NCBI RefSeq assembly: GCF_006345805.1 | Contig: NW_021831875.1 | Coordinates: 1 to 63,530, forward strand | Source of the DNA: Octopus sinensis | Taxonomy: Eukaryota | DNA length: 63,530 bases | Reading direction: 5' to 3' | Part shown: piece after piece, positions 1 through 11,908 of the stretch | Layout of the letters: each line of letters opens with the position of its first letter | Position numbering within the stretch: position 1 is the stretch's first letter | The notes under the pieces: generated by a model | The model's database searches: none | Seen by the model: the letters and a program-made list of their open reading frames with translations, nothing else | Told to the model about the DNA's origin: nothing | Program-made: the position numbers and the translations under genes

Positions 1-1728
1 CGGAAGACGGGACCGAAAACCAGCGCTCTTAGGACTGCCTCCAAGTAGTCATGGTTTACCCTATCGAAGGCTTTCGATTGATCCAATTGATCAGGGCCCC
101 ACCCATGCCAGGTTCCTTACTACTCTGTCTATGATGTATCGCATCAGATGGAGGTTGTCATGGATGCTCCGGCCCGGCACGGCGCACGTTTGCGCCTTGT
201 CGACCAGTTTCTCGATGACAAGCGCCAACACCTTGGCTAACACCTTCATCAAAATTTTCAAGTCTGTATTGAGCAGAGTGATGGGTCTAAAGTTATCTAT
301 TACATCCCCCATGTTTGGATCTTTCTTCAGCAGCGTTACGGCTCCTCGACTCACAAAACCGGGTATGCTCCCGTTTTGCTGCCAGTTGCAGTATACCGCC
401 GCCAAGAGATCTCCAAACAAGTCTGGCATACAATCGTAAAACTCGTAGGGCAGACCATTCAAACCCGGCGATTTGTCCCTCGTGCATTCTGCCATTGCGT
501 CCCGCACATCCGCCGCCGTGATGGCAACTTCGTTGCACTCTGCCTCTCTTGCCGAGGGTCGTGGCAGGCTGTGCAAGTAGGCACTGAAGTTCACCCTGCG
601 TTCACGCTCGCCACTCGTCTCGTACAGTCGGTCAACATGCCGCTGAAATGCCTCGCACATCTTGCTGGGCTCGAGCAATTCGCACCGTTGTTCGTCTACC
701 AGAGACCGAATCGTGGCTTTGTTGCCCTGCTACGCCTCCGCCACCCGGGCCTCTCTCGCGGCTCCAACACCTTCCATCCTTAGAGCACGCATCCTAGCTT
801 CTTATTGCCTCTTCTAACTTCTTAACTAACTCACCCTCTACTCTATTTCTGTCTACGGCTAGTGCCTTGCTATATCTAATAGCTTCCGCCTTTACTGCTC
901 TCTTGAGGGCGAACCACCAACACGTTAGTAAAGCCCTCTTTACTAACGTGTTGATTCTGTCTCTGAAAACCTGTCTGGAAGGGAAAGATGCGTTTAGTTT
1001 CCAGTAACCGTGACCCTGTCTATGTGCCTTATCTAAGTCTAGCATACACGTTACGAATTTGTGATCCGTGTAGCTGACTGTGTGGAATTGTGGACATCCT
1101 AAATTATCCCTGTCTACTGTCCTACACAATATCCTATCTAGATACGATCTCGACGACTCACTGCGGTTGCTCCATGTCCACGTTGGTGCATTTGGGTGGT
1201 CGAGTCGGTACCTGTCAGACAGTTGGAATCATCTGAGCAGGTCACTGAGGCATTTGTATCCCCTTCTGTTTTTGTCTCTCCCCACATAGTCTAGATGCGT
1301 GTCCAAGGTAGCATTCCAATCCCCCACTAGTAAAGGATGAGACGTTCCCAGGAATACTTCTAGACGTTGAAAGAAATCCGGCCGACCTGTTAAAGGCGGT
1401 GCGTAGACTGATACGAGTCGAAAAGCGCACCCATTGCTGCAGAACAAACCAGTCTACCCTCCGGGTCTCCGAATATCGCCTTGACTTCGAGATCCAGGCT
1501 CTTGTGAAAAAGTACCGCGTTGCCACTACCGCCCATTCTCGGCAGACCGGGAGAAAAATAAATGTTAAACTATCCGCCAAACATGGACTTTAGGGCCCGT
1601 GGCTCGTGGAGTCTGGTCTCACTTATGGCTATAATTCTCAAATCGTGTGACTTGATGTCATTTAGGAGGTACCCTTGTTACCAAGGAGACCCCAAGCCAC
1701 GTGCATTCAGCCAACCAGTCTTGACCAT
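1..1728 (-). pseudogene. Tx1 copy A ORF2 (APE endonuclease plus start of RT), with stops and frameshifts
   Basis: Manual translation from the ATG at 1728 gives MVKTGWLNARGLGSPW*QGYLLNDIKSHDLRIIAISETRL. Downstream fragments are VYAP...LVGDWNATLD (1229-1447), TDHKFV...GYWKLNAS (794-1129) and RT (91-678). Confidence 0.9.
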
Positions 1729-1749
1729 GATCCTATTGAGGTGTGTGCT

Positions 1750-3833
1750 TTAAAACACAAAAGGAAGGTACAGAGAGTTACTTACCTGTGTCGAAAGTTT
1801 TGGCTTCATCGTCCTTTGATGTGTCTGGGAGGAGGTTTTTATAGAGTTTTTATAAAAGATACTTTTGTAAACCCCCAACCGCATTTGGAAAGAGGGCTTT
1901 GAGTGTGTGGTGTTGTGTCTGTGTGATGTGGAGTATTTTAATGTGTCTGGCTGGTGTGGATGGTTGTTAGTTTTGAAGTCATCTTCACAGATGTTTGTGT
2001 AGGCTGTGATGTACTTCATTAGTTTTGAGTCTTTGGTGTCTATCGCTGATAACATTGTGTGTGTTTTTGTGGTGTTGGTGCTGGTTTGGTTGTGTGAGGA
2101 GCTTTCAGGGTTCAGATATCTCCCTGCTTTGGTTGCATTTTCTTTTTTTTTTTAATCCTTTTCTTTTACCCCCAGTGGCTATTTGTCACTCTGTCGAACT
2201 TTCGGCGTTAGACGAAAAGTCTGACGAATCGGAAGGGGGTAAAGGCAAAGCGTTTGGATCTATATGTGCTTGTAGAACGTGTTGTTGTTTTGTGTGGTGT
2301 TTGTGTTGTTGGGGTATTAGGGGCAGAATTTATCTTTTCGTCATTGTTATTTGTTTTATTGGTTGTTGTTCTTGGTGCTGGTGTTGGTCTGTCTTTGGAT
2401 GTTGGTGGTGATTTTGTTTCTCTTGTTGGTTGCGATGCCGAAGGTAATCCTCTTCTTGGTGATGTGGTTGGTGAGGGGGAAACAGTTTTTGTATCGTCCG
2501 CTGTTTTTCCTGTCTTTTGGGTTGAAGGTGGTGTGGGGAGCAGGGGTTTTCTTCCAGGTTTTGGGAGTGGTTGCTGTTGCTATTGCCTATTTCTGATAAC
2601 AGTTGAGCACTCATATCTGAGGTGTGTCTCACTGTTGCACAAATAGTATCTTGGCCTCCTGCCCTCCACCACTACATACAATTTTTGGTCTTTTGATAAT
2701 TGAACACTGGTTGGTAAATTGTTTATTGCTTCATGGGAGATTTGAAGCAATATTTCGAGCTTTTTACCAGTCCAGCTTTCCTCTAGAATGTCAGCTATTT
2801 CTAAAATATCTGCTTCTTCTATATCGAAGGAGATGGCCGATACCAGCCACTGGGTATCCACTACTGGAGGCACATTGTTTATTGTTACTTTCGTTACCTG
2901 GTCTGTGCGCAGAGTAAGCGTTGAAAACTTTTTTGCTAGTTCTTCCGTATGGAAGCGAACTTGCACGGTCACAAATTTAGTTCCCCAATTCACATAATTT
3001 CGGAATTTTCACACGGAAGAGAGGCACTTCTCAATCTTTTCTGTAGGCGGGCTTTCTGGTCTTTTTGTTTTGGTGTTGAGTATTCTGTAGATGATGGTCT
3101 TCTTTTGTGTTTCTTCTATGATGTTCCGTGGAATATTTAAATATATTGTGTCGCCTTCTTTGGTGAGCAAGGACTTTGTGTCTTGTATTTGTTGATGAGT
3201 AAATTTTAGGATTCTTCTTTTCGGTCGTATGGCTTCCGCGAAATTCGTCTTGTTTTTGTGGAGGTGGTGGTGGTGGTGGTGTGATGTTTGTGGCAGAGTC
3301 GTTCGTAGTAGTAGTAGATAACTGTGAAGTCGGGTTGTTTACCAGTTTTTGAGTGGAGGCGCGATGTTAGTGCTCATGCTAGCATTTGGGCTTGTGTTGA
3401 TTTCCCCCATTTCCCCTCCTTCATGAAATTGTGGTGAAAGCAGTATAGGGAAATCAACGTCGTAAGCGTTGTCAAGGAGGGTGTCGGTGTTGATGGTGGA
3501 ATCATTGGTTGCGGTGACGGGGATTGGCCTTGCGACCTTGGTTTTGTTGTTGCTGTTGGTAGTGGTATCGTTAGCAGAGGAAGCAGTTGTAGTAGCAGAA
3601 ACCGCCATGGTGGTGGTGTCGGTGTTGATGGTGGAATAATTGGTGGCGGTGACGGTGCTTGTCCTTGGGACCTTGGTTTTGTAGTTTTTGCTGTTGTTGA
3701 GGCTGATGGTGGTGGTGGTGGTTTTAGTGGCGTTCGAACTGTCAGGTTCAGCGTTTGGCTGCAGGGAATCTTACTCTTTTGTTTCGCCGTCACGCTTGAC
3801 TTGCGCTTTGGCCTCGTGGTGACCAGTAGCCAT
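1750..3833 (-). pseudogene. Tx1 copy A ORF1 (Gag-like nucleic-acid chaperone), disrupted
   Basis: ORF 2580-2993 (VQVRFHTEELAKK...VTINNVPPVVDTQWLVSAI) is homologous to ORF1 of copy C (VEVRFPTEEQARA...IRINTIPPELNISWLVAAI). A DFPIL motif in 3339-3608 matches DFPPL in copy C. Confidence 0.75.
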
Positions 3834-4045
3834 TTTTGAAAATAAAAATGGCTAAAGTAAAACCACGAAGCCTTTGAGAATTTTTTTTTAATTTTGCCCA
3901 CAAAGGGCGAAATTTTGTGTGGATGTTAATGAAAGTATGTGTTGGGTATTGTTGTACACCTTTTAGACATAAAATGTTTGACAATCAACAATTTTAAACG
4001 TGGAAAACTACCAACTTACTTGGAGCCCATTTGACTTGCGTCTGT

Positions 4046-4145
4046 CCAGAGAGAGAGAGAGAGAGAAAGATAGATAGATAGGTAGATAGATCAAATGTGA
4101 ATGAGACCAGATAGATTGAAGGTAACAGAGATAGACACACAGAGA
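4046..4145. repeat. (GA)n/(GATA)n microsatellite at the 5' flank of Tx1 copy A
   Basis: Direct sequence: gagagagagagagagaaagatagatagataggtagatagat. Confidence 0.9.
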
Positions 4146-5214
4146 CACGGTGAGAAGTAAATTGATGGAAAAACTTCACAAATTGTTAAAGCATGGGTGT
4201 GCACCATTGCAGATGAAAATATGTATATATGTGTGTATATACCTGTGTATGTACATGTTTGCGTGTGTATGTGTGCAATACTGTATTTGGGCCAGTTGGA
4301 GGGTTCGGTACTCTGGATTTTTCTCGGCATGCAACCAGTTCTTCAAACAAATGCATGCCCTTCAACCCAGTTTGACATGTCTGAAGAAGCGAATGCATGC
4401 AGTAGTCATTCCAGTGTAACAGTCCACTCGAGTGTTCTGTACAAGGAAACATACATATATGCCTATATGGTGACTTTAAACGAGACGTATGATGTTAGAG
4501 CTATAGGTTTGAAAAGGCACTAGTCAGGTGGTGACATGCTCGTGACATATTTAACGCCTTTAATGATACCGGAAGACCAAGTGACTAAGTTAAAAAGGGT
4601 GGTGATTTATATCTTCCACACAAAAATAGGACCCGGGAGCGGTTTCTGGTTTGAATATCTCCAAGAGGAAGTTTGAAATAACGGTACTCAAATTCCAGGT
4701 GTGCGTGTGTGTGTGTTAGTGTGTGCGTTTGTCCCCCTGTCACCATTGCTTGAAAACTGATGTTGGTGTGTGTGTGCGTGTGTGTGTGCCTGTGTGAAAG
4801 GGAGAGATATTTTGGATCAAGGTTCAAGATATATTTTTGATCCACCATAATAGCGAATCGAACAATTTTGCCCCAAAGCACTTCAGATCACTTACAATTC
4901 CACAACATTTATGCAAAAGTAAATAAGCCTCATAAAGATTTTTTCAAAATTAATATCAGAGTAGCGAAATTATGAATGTGTTTTGTCAGAAACGATACAG
5001 GAACGGATAATTATTTCCGCTGAGTATTTAGTTCTATATTTATATGTTCTTGATGGTAAATCAGTGAAGCCTTTGTTTCCCAAAAATCAAAATAATATAG
5101 AAGCAAGTCTTCCTTTAACCATGTATGTATGCAAATGTATGCGTCCATTGTATGCATACAGGTGAGTTTCTATGGCATTCTCCACTCAAAAATCCTTTCA
5201 AAGTTTGGTTTAAA

Positions 5215-5405
5215 TTTTAGGCAAAAGGCCAGAAATATCGAGGGTGGGGACTAGTCAATTACATGACACCAGTACTCAACTGGTGCCATTTTATGGACCC
5301 CGAAAGAATGAAAGGCAATGTTGACCTCGGCAGAATTTGAACTCAGAACGTAAACACGGGCGAAATGCACGGCGTGTTAACGATTCTGGCAGCTAGTCGC
5401 TTCAC
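5215..5405 (-). mobile_element. tRNA-derived SINE (GGCGGCGAGCTGGCAGAA-type family)
   Basis: Reverse-complement B box (gaatttgaactc) and body gaccccgaaagaatgaaaggcaa shared with the copies at 15.1, 45.4, 53.1, 53.3 and 62.1-62.5 kb. Confidence 0.8.
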
Positions 5406-5649
5406 ATTCCTTCAATATTAAAATGGAAGGACACATCAGATATTTCTATCATTATTATAGTTAACTTTGCTATTGTTAAAATCCAACCAAGTTCAACTAT
5501 GCCTTTCATCGTTTGGGGATTAAGATAACTTGTTTTGTTTATACATATATATGCGTGCGTGTTTATACATGTATACATGCGTGTATGTTATGTATATATA
5601 TGTATATATATATATACATACATATATATATATATATGTATATATATAT

Positions 5650-5955
5650 AAAATAATATTACAATTATTCAATAGTCAGGATAGAACTCTGAGTTTCGGA
5701 TGCCGAAGTGAAATCCACACACCATCTCTCTCTATTTACATAATATTGAGGTCTCTTTCTTTCTTTTGTTATCTTACCGTTTTACCAATATATATATAAT
5801 ATATATATATATATTGGTAAAAACGGTAAGATAACAAAAGAAAGAAAGAGACCTCAATATTATGTAAATAGAGGAGATGGTGTTGTGGATTTCCACTTCG
5901 GCATCCGAAACTCAGAGTTCTATCCTGACTATTGAATAATTGTAACATATTATTT

Positions 5956-5965
<10 letters not shown>
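5650..5965. repeat. Fold-back inverted duplication centred on (AT)n; arms are a PLE terminal-repeat fragment of the same family as 60651-60915
   Basis: 5650-5790 is the reverse complement of 5815-5960, differing only by small indels. Confidence 0.9.
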
Positions 5966-5986
<21 letters not shown>

Positions 5987-6011
5987 GTATGTATATATAT
6001 ATATACATATA

Positions 6012-6187
6012 TATTTCCCCATGTTTCTTTCTGTTGAAGAAGCGTAGGCTTGAAACGTAAAATACTTTCTCACCTTCCCGAGCGTTAAACTAATACACCT
6101 GTTGTTGTTATACACCTTTCTTCGACTTTTGTTCTTCTATTAATTTCTATACATACACACACACACATACACACACACACATACACA

Positions 6188-6239
<52 letters not shown>

Positions 6240-6472
6240 ATATCTATATATATAATATATATATATATATATGTGTGTGTTGTGTGTGTGGTGTGTGTAT
6301 GTGGTGTGTGTGTATGTGTGTGTGTGTGTATGTATAGAAATTATAGAAGAACAAAAGTCGAAGAAAGGTGTATAAACAACAAACAGGTGTATTAGTTTAA
6401 CGCTCGGGAAGGTGAGAAAGTATTTTACGTTTCAAGCCTACGCTTCTCAACAGAAAGAAACATGGGGAAATA
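6012..6472. repeat. Second fold-back centred on (CA)n(AT)n(TG)n; arms carry an HHR-like repeat
   Basis: 6012-6150 is the reverse complement of 6330-6472, with indel-only differences. Confidence 0.9.
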
Positions 6473-6954
6473 AGCATATATATATATAATATATATGCAT
6501 GTATGTACGTATGTATGTATGTATGAATGTATATATGTATATGTGCATGCGCGCGCTTGTGTGTCCAATACACAATGCTTCATTCATAGTGTATATTGTA
6601 ATTAACACCTAAGTAATTTATGTAGCAATCTCCAATAATATTCAAAGAACTCTACTCTTCCAACTGAATAGAAACCTCTTTCTAAGATGAACGTGGTCAT
6701 AGATATATCTTCAGTGAATATCTGACCCATTTTTACACAACACTTGCTTTTGTGCATATCAAAGCCTCAGAAATGGCTGTTTAGTAGCCTACTAATCGAT
6801 ATATACATACATACATATACATGCATACATACACACACGCAGACACACACAGATACACTGAAATACGCACACACATATTGGTAATTAGTAAGGGATTTCT
6901 CCAAACGTTTATGCTGATTCGTAATAATCTTTACTATTATTATTATTGGCATAT

Positions 6955-6985
<31 letters not shown>

Positions 6986-7421
6986 CTATATATATATATA
7001 TATATATATAGTACGTTTAAATATTTGTTGTGCAAGATTTTTTATGTGAAGTGTGTGTTGAAACAGACATTGTTATATTTCGGAATGGTCATATTGTCAG
7101 TTTAGCCAATAAAAACACACGCACTATATATTTGGTGTTATTTTGCTTCAGTGATATTTATTTTTTACATTAATCTTAATCTTATTTCGGCCAGAGTTCT
7201 TTCGTCAAACTCCTGTGACCGCATGCAGTTCTCAGGTTACAGCCATAAAGAAAGGATAAGAGTATACAAAGGAGCCATGAAGAAATTTGATAATATATTA
7301 TGTAATGATAGGAATGGGATTTGCCCACTCTATAGGAACAAGTCATGGAACACTATAGAAAGGAAAAAAGAAAATAGGGAAGGCCAACTCTTGGTATGAT
7401 AGCCATAAATACCAGAGTGTC

Positions 7422-7955
7422 ATGTTCGTTGACACCACCCCTGGAGGTGAACTGGCGTACCGCTTTAGAAGGACCCTAGATAAACTTAAACTAAGAATTA
7501 AGGTTGTTGAAAAGCCAGGCAACCCTATCACATCTATAATTGGTAGAACCTATCCTTTTAGTAGAACCCCCTGTACGGATAACTATTGCACTGTATGTAG
7601 ATTTAGCCCACAAACAAACTGTAAAGCCAGAAATGTAGTCTATAGTATAAGATGTATAGAAGGACGATGCAGTAACAAGACAATAACATACGCAGGGGAA
7701 ACGGCAAGAAGCATAGGAGAGCGGGTGAATGGACATTGGAGACAACTCAAGAAAGGTAAAAGCTCATCGATTCTGTACCAACACGCCGAACAGGAACACG
7801 GGGGATCAATCAATAACATAGAAATTAAGATATTGTCCACACATAGAACAGATGCAACAATTAGACAAATTACAGAAGCTACACATATAATAGAAAATAA
7901 ACCTAGCCTGAATAGAAAACTAGAATGGAGCAATAGCACACACTACAACATATGA
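7422..7955 (+). CDS. GIY-YIG endonuclease domain of a PLE (uninterrupted 177 aa)
   Basis: NVVYSIRC...TYAGETARSIGERVNGH...RQITEATHIIENKPSLNRK matches the GIY-YIG motifs (VY, YxGxT, R, H, E, N). Confidence 0.8.
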   Translation: MFVDTTPGGELAYRFRRTLDKLKLRIKVVEKPGNPITSIIGRTYPFSRTPCTDNYCTVCRFSPQTNCKARNVVYSIRCIEGRCSNKTITYAGETARSIGERVNGHWRQLKKGKSSSILYQHAEQEHGGSINNIEIKILSTHRTDATIRQITEATHIIENKPSLNRKLEWSNSTHYNI

Positions 7956-8430
7956 CGATAGAGGATCCCGAAAACATAATAAATATATACACAGATAAAT
8001 AAACAAATAGAAATGAATAACTATATATATGTATATATATCTATATGTATATGTATGTATATATTTATATATTATATATGTATATGTGTATAATATGTGT
8101 ATATGTATATATATATATTTTTTCGATTAGATTTATTATTATTATTACTAATATTGTTGTTATACATACATACAACATATGTAATGATAATAATGGGTGA
8201 TGTAACACACATGAACAAAATTAGAACAAAAGCAACAACAACAAAAACAAAATACAATTACATGAATGTATATAAAAAGAATACAAATATTACAGGCATC
8301 CCCCCATACACACACTAAATAAACATAGACGCACATAGAGATATTAGCATGCGCAAATGAAGACATACAATAGAAATACAAAATGGCTGACGTTAGTAAG
8401 GAGAGATACAATACGAAAGAAGAAAACAAA

Positions 8431-8473
8431 GGACCACTGATGCGGTCACAGGTGTGACGAAAGAACTCTGGCC
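8431..8473 (+). ncRNA. Minimal hammerhead ribozyme motif (A9C, probably decayed)
   Basis: GGACCA-CTGATGC-G-GTCAC(aggt)GTGAC-GAAA-GAAC-TC-TGGCC; stem I is GGACCA/TGG-CC. Confidence 0.7.
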
Positions 8474-8660
8474 GAAATAAGATTAAGATTAATGTAAAAA
8501 ATAAATATCACTGAAGCAAAATAACACCAATATATAGTGCGTGTGTTTTTATTGGCTAAACTAACAATATGACCATTTCGAAATATAACAATATATATAT
8601 AATAATGAAGTTTGAAAATGCTGCTATATTAGACAAATTTTTAATTTTTATATATACATT

Positions 8661-8712
8661 ATTTATTTAACATGTTTCGGTTCTTGAAATGACGAACCTT
8701 ATCAAAAAAAAA
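8661..8712 (-). ncRNA. Hammerhead ribozyme motif with U3-A8 core
   Basis: Minus strand reads ATTTTTTT-TTGATAA-GGTTC(gtcatttcaa)GAACC-GAAA-CATG-TT-AAATAAAT. Confidence 0.65.
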
Positions 8713-9004
8713 TTTTATTTATAAAAAAGATAGTTCATGCTATCAAATATAAAAAAAAATTCATATATAATAAAAAGTTCATATATAGTGAAGCGAGTCC
8801 ATGCTATATGTTTAAAGAGTATGATGTAGTAGTTCATAGTGGTGATATGCATTCAATATAAAAAATTCATGTTCCTGAAAAAGCGAGGAATTCATTTTAG
8901 GTTTTACCTTGTGTTCCAATGGGATTAACTGTGATGACTTTTGGTTGGTGTCTGTTCGAATAGTTCTGGTGAATCTTGTGAATTGTTTGGGTTTTATATC
9001 ACCT

Positions 9005-9290
9005 GTTAGGTGGCTAGTCCAGCGGAACGAGACGTCATCAAAGTTTTGACCAATCGTTTCGTTAGGTGGCTAGTCCAGCATAACGGGACGTCATCAATGT
9101 TTTGACCAATCAGAATCGGGTCTGACCTATAGCTGTATTAGATCTGACCCATGTCTGTATCCCGTTAGGTGGCTAGTCCAGCGGAACGTGACGTTATCAC
9201 TGTTTCGACCAATCATCCCGTTAGGTGGCTAGTCCAGCAGAACGAGACGTCATCAACCCGCCAATCAGAATCGGGTCTGACCCTTAGCTG
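9005..9290. repeat. Tandem array of four GTTAGGTGGCTAGTCCAGC-led units (56/103-bp spacing), each with CRE-like and CCAAT motifs
   Basis: Units start at 9005, 9061, 9164 and 9220, giving a higher-order period of 159 bp. Confidence 0.9.
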
Positions 9291-11415
9291 TATCGTATGT
9301 GGAAACCGACCAAGCAGGGTGACAATAGATTGCCCACTGAGGTAATAACGTCATCAGTTTCTTGACGAATCAGGATTAGATCTGCTCGTAGAGATCTTTT
9401 TATGAATTTTTTTCCCTTTCCCTAAGACATTTCTGTCATCAGTGTGAGTGACTGTTTAAGGCAGTGGCTGTGGTGGAATTTCGCTTCTCTTTTCGGAGAC
9501 CAATCTTTTGTTTTAATATTCTAGCCCAGGGTGTTCAAACTTGGTCTAAATTTTTTGATGAAATACAGTTCTTTATTTTGGCGTTGCGTGAAGGTTACGC
9601 TGTCACTGAATTTATAAAGCGGGTAAGTTGTAAATTTCGGATTTACATTTCCAGCACATCTATCTATGTGTCCACTGACCGGTATTTTCTGGTATTCAGG
9701 GTTTCTAATTTGTGATTTATGCACCGCCATCCTGTTATGTAAGCTATTTTTTGTATGGCCTATATACTGCCTATTGCAGCCTGCGCATGTTATGACGTAA
9801 ATTAAGTTTTCTGATGCGCAGGTGAAGTTTGCTCTAATGGTGAACTGATGGCCTGTTCTAGTATAAATTCTGAACCTTCTATCAGATGACACAGATTCCG
9901 CAGTTGGGCCTTCCACATTTTCTAACTGCTGGTTTTGTGGTTGATTTTGAGTGCAGTTTAGCTTGGTTAAAATCCTTTTCAAGGATTTTGGTTGCCGTTT
10001 AATTTTAATGATGGTGTGTGTTTCGAGGATCCGGTTCATCTTTGGGTCTCCCTTAGTAGGGCTGTGCTTTGTAGTATGGTGCTGAAGGCCTCATTGTTGA
10101 GTGGGTTGTGTGTAGAGATGTAGGGAAGGGTTTTTTAATTGTTCTTTCTTTTTTGGTTTTGTTCGTCTCAGGTCTTCTATACTTAATTTGAGTGCCCTTT
10201 GGATTGCACTGTCTATTAGGGGCTGTGGATAGTTTCTATTTGTGAGTGTGGTTCTAAGTTCCTGGAGACGTGTGTGTCGGGTGTTTGCGTCTGATATTAT
10301 GGTGCAGATCCTTCTAGCTAAACAAAAAGGGACATTTATTCTAGTGTGTCGTGGGTGGCATGAATCAAAGGGTAGGTATTGTTTGGAGTCTGTCGGTTTA
10401 TAGTAGATATCTGTCTCTATTTTGTTGCCGGTTTTCTTAATGAGGATGTCTAAAAATGGTAAATCTTCTTCGTTATGATCCATCGTGAATTGTATATTAT
10501 CATTTATTCCATTTAATAGTATTTTAAATTCCTCAAGTTTCTCTATACTTTTGTCCCAGATGATGAAACAGTCATCGAGGTATCTTTTCCAGTTGTTCTG
10601 GATATAGGTGGAGAAGGTGTTTCCAAATTTCTCGAGTGTTATCCGGTAGAGTATTTCTCGAGGTATCCCATCACTAGGTTGGCAAAAGATGGTGCAGTAC
10701 GCGTGCCCATCGCTGTTCCCGATCTTTGTCTAGAAATTATTGTCAAAACAAAGTAATTGTTTTCTAAAATAAATCTTAGTCCTTCTATTATAAGGTCTTT
10801 GTTTATGCGAGTTGGGAGTTCAAAGGGGTAGTTATTCAGCAGAAGGTGATCGCTTCTATCCTAGGTTGTGAGGGATGTTAGAATAAGATTAACTACGTCG
10901 AATGATACTAGAAGGGTTTTTCTCATTGACTGTTTAGGAGGTGGTTGAGCATATCTATATCGTCTCTTACGTAGCTTTTTTGATGTGTTTTAGGAAAGGT
11001 TTAAGAAGTGTGTCTAAGAAATTGCTGAGGCGGTGAGTCTCACATGCTGGCCCTGCTATTATCGGTCTAAGTTTAAGATCGTTTGGTGAAGGGATTTGAT
11101 GAGATATCGGTAGATGTTTTGCATGTTTCTCTAATTATTTGGCTTTTGTGTACTTTAGGGATACCATAGAACAAACTCGATTTGCATTTGAAGTTAGTGA
11201 TGTATTCATACTCCTTGTCCGTGAGTCCTTCTCGGTATGTGTTGATTAATGTCCTAAGGTTATGCATTATTTTTGCTGATTATACTGTTGGGCCCTTTCA
11301 TAATACGTTTTCATCTCTAATAGGGATAGCACTAAATTTTTATAATCGTTTGTATTCATTACTACTATCGCGTTGCCCTTATCTGCCTCCTTAATTGTTA
11401 TTGCTATATATATAT

Positions 11416-11470
<55 letters not shown>

Positions 11471-11874
11471 ATATTTGTGGCTATGTGGGTGTGTATAAAA
11501 CTTTGATAACTTACATTTTTGATCTCATTGGTCCTTGCCATGTCTAACTTAATAGTACCACCCGTATGTACATGTGCATTGTATGCATCTATGTTTGTAT
11601 GCATGCATGTATGTACGTATATATGTATTTGTGTGTGTGGAGAGAGAGAGGGGGAGAGAGATGGAGATTAGTACTGGTGTTGGTATGAACAATTCTTCAC
11701 CCTAGGGTTTTAGGCCTTATTCCAATGCTATCAATCATAAATCATGTATAATACAAGGAATTACTTCATTCATTACGTTGATCGCCTTTTAAGACAATTG
11801 GTTCACATTTAGGGGGCGAATATAATTCTAGGTGGTTGTGATGTATGCTTGTGTGTTTGTGTGCGCGTATGTTC

Positions 11875-11908
<34 letters not shown>

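Larger units (their letters stand above)
1..4045 (-). mobile_element. Tx1/L1-clade non-LTR retrotransposon copy A (5' UTR, ORF1, ORF2 N-half; runs off the window start), decayed
   Basis: Minus-strand order is 5' UTR, then ORF1 (RRM-like region plus degenerate knuckle YYLCNSETHLRYEC), then APE endonuclease, then RT N-terminus (KSPGLNGLPYEFY, NFRPITLLNTDLKIL). The 5' end abuts (GA)n(GATA)n at 4046. Confidence 0.9.
7020..8591 (+). mobile_element. Penelope-like element, 5'-truncated: inverted pseudo-LTR, GIY-YIG ORF, pseudo-LTR
   Basis: 7070-7223 is the reverse complement of 8440-8591. The GIY-YIG ORF lies between them, and a second family copy is at 16.6-18.0 kb. Confidence 0.88.
8600..11400 (-). 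mobile_element. Penelope-like element (Neptune-like), RT plus GIY-YIG pseudogene with 3' pseudo-LTR
   Basis: RT motifs LFYGIPKVHK, LRPIIAG, WKRYLDDCF, LPFLDILI and YYKPTDSKQYL. Then a KCGRPNCGIC linker and GIY-YIG NLIYVITCAGCNRQYIG (9521-10039). Confidence 0.88.

Noticed and set aside
3374-3901. Pro/Thr-rich mucin-like ORF
   Set aside because: It is an alternative frame of the low-complexity Tx1 ORF1 N-terminus.
9005-9290. CRISPR-like 19-bp repeats with spacers
   Set aside because: The spacers are homologous to each other, the context is a eukaryotic retroelement and there are no cas genes; it is a tandem repeat.
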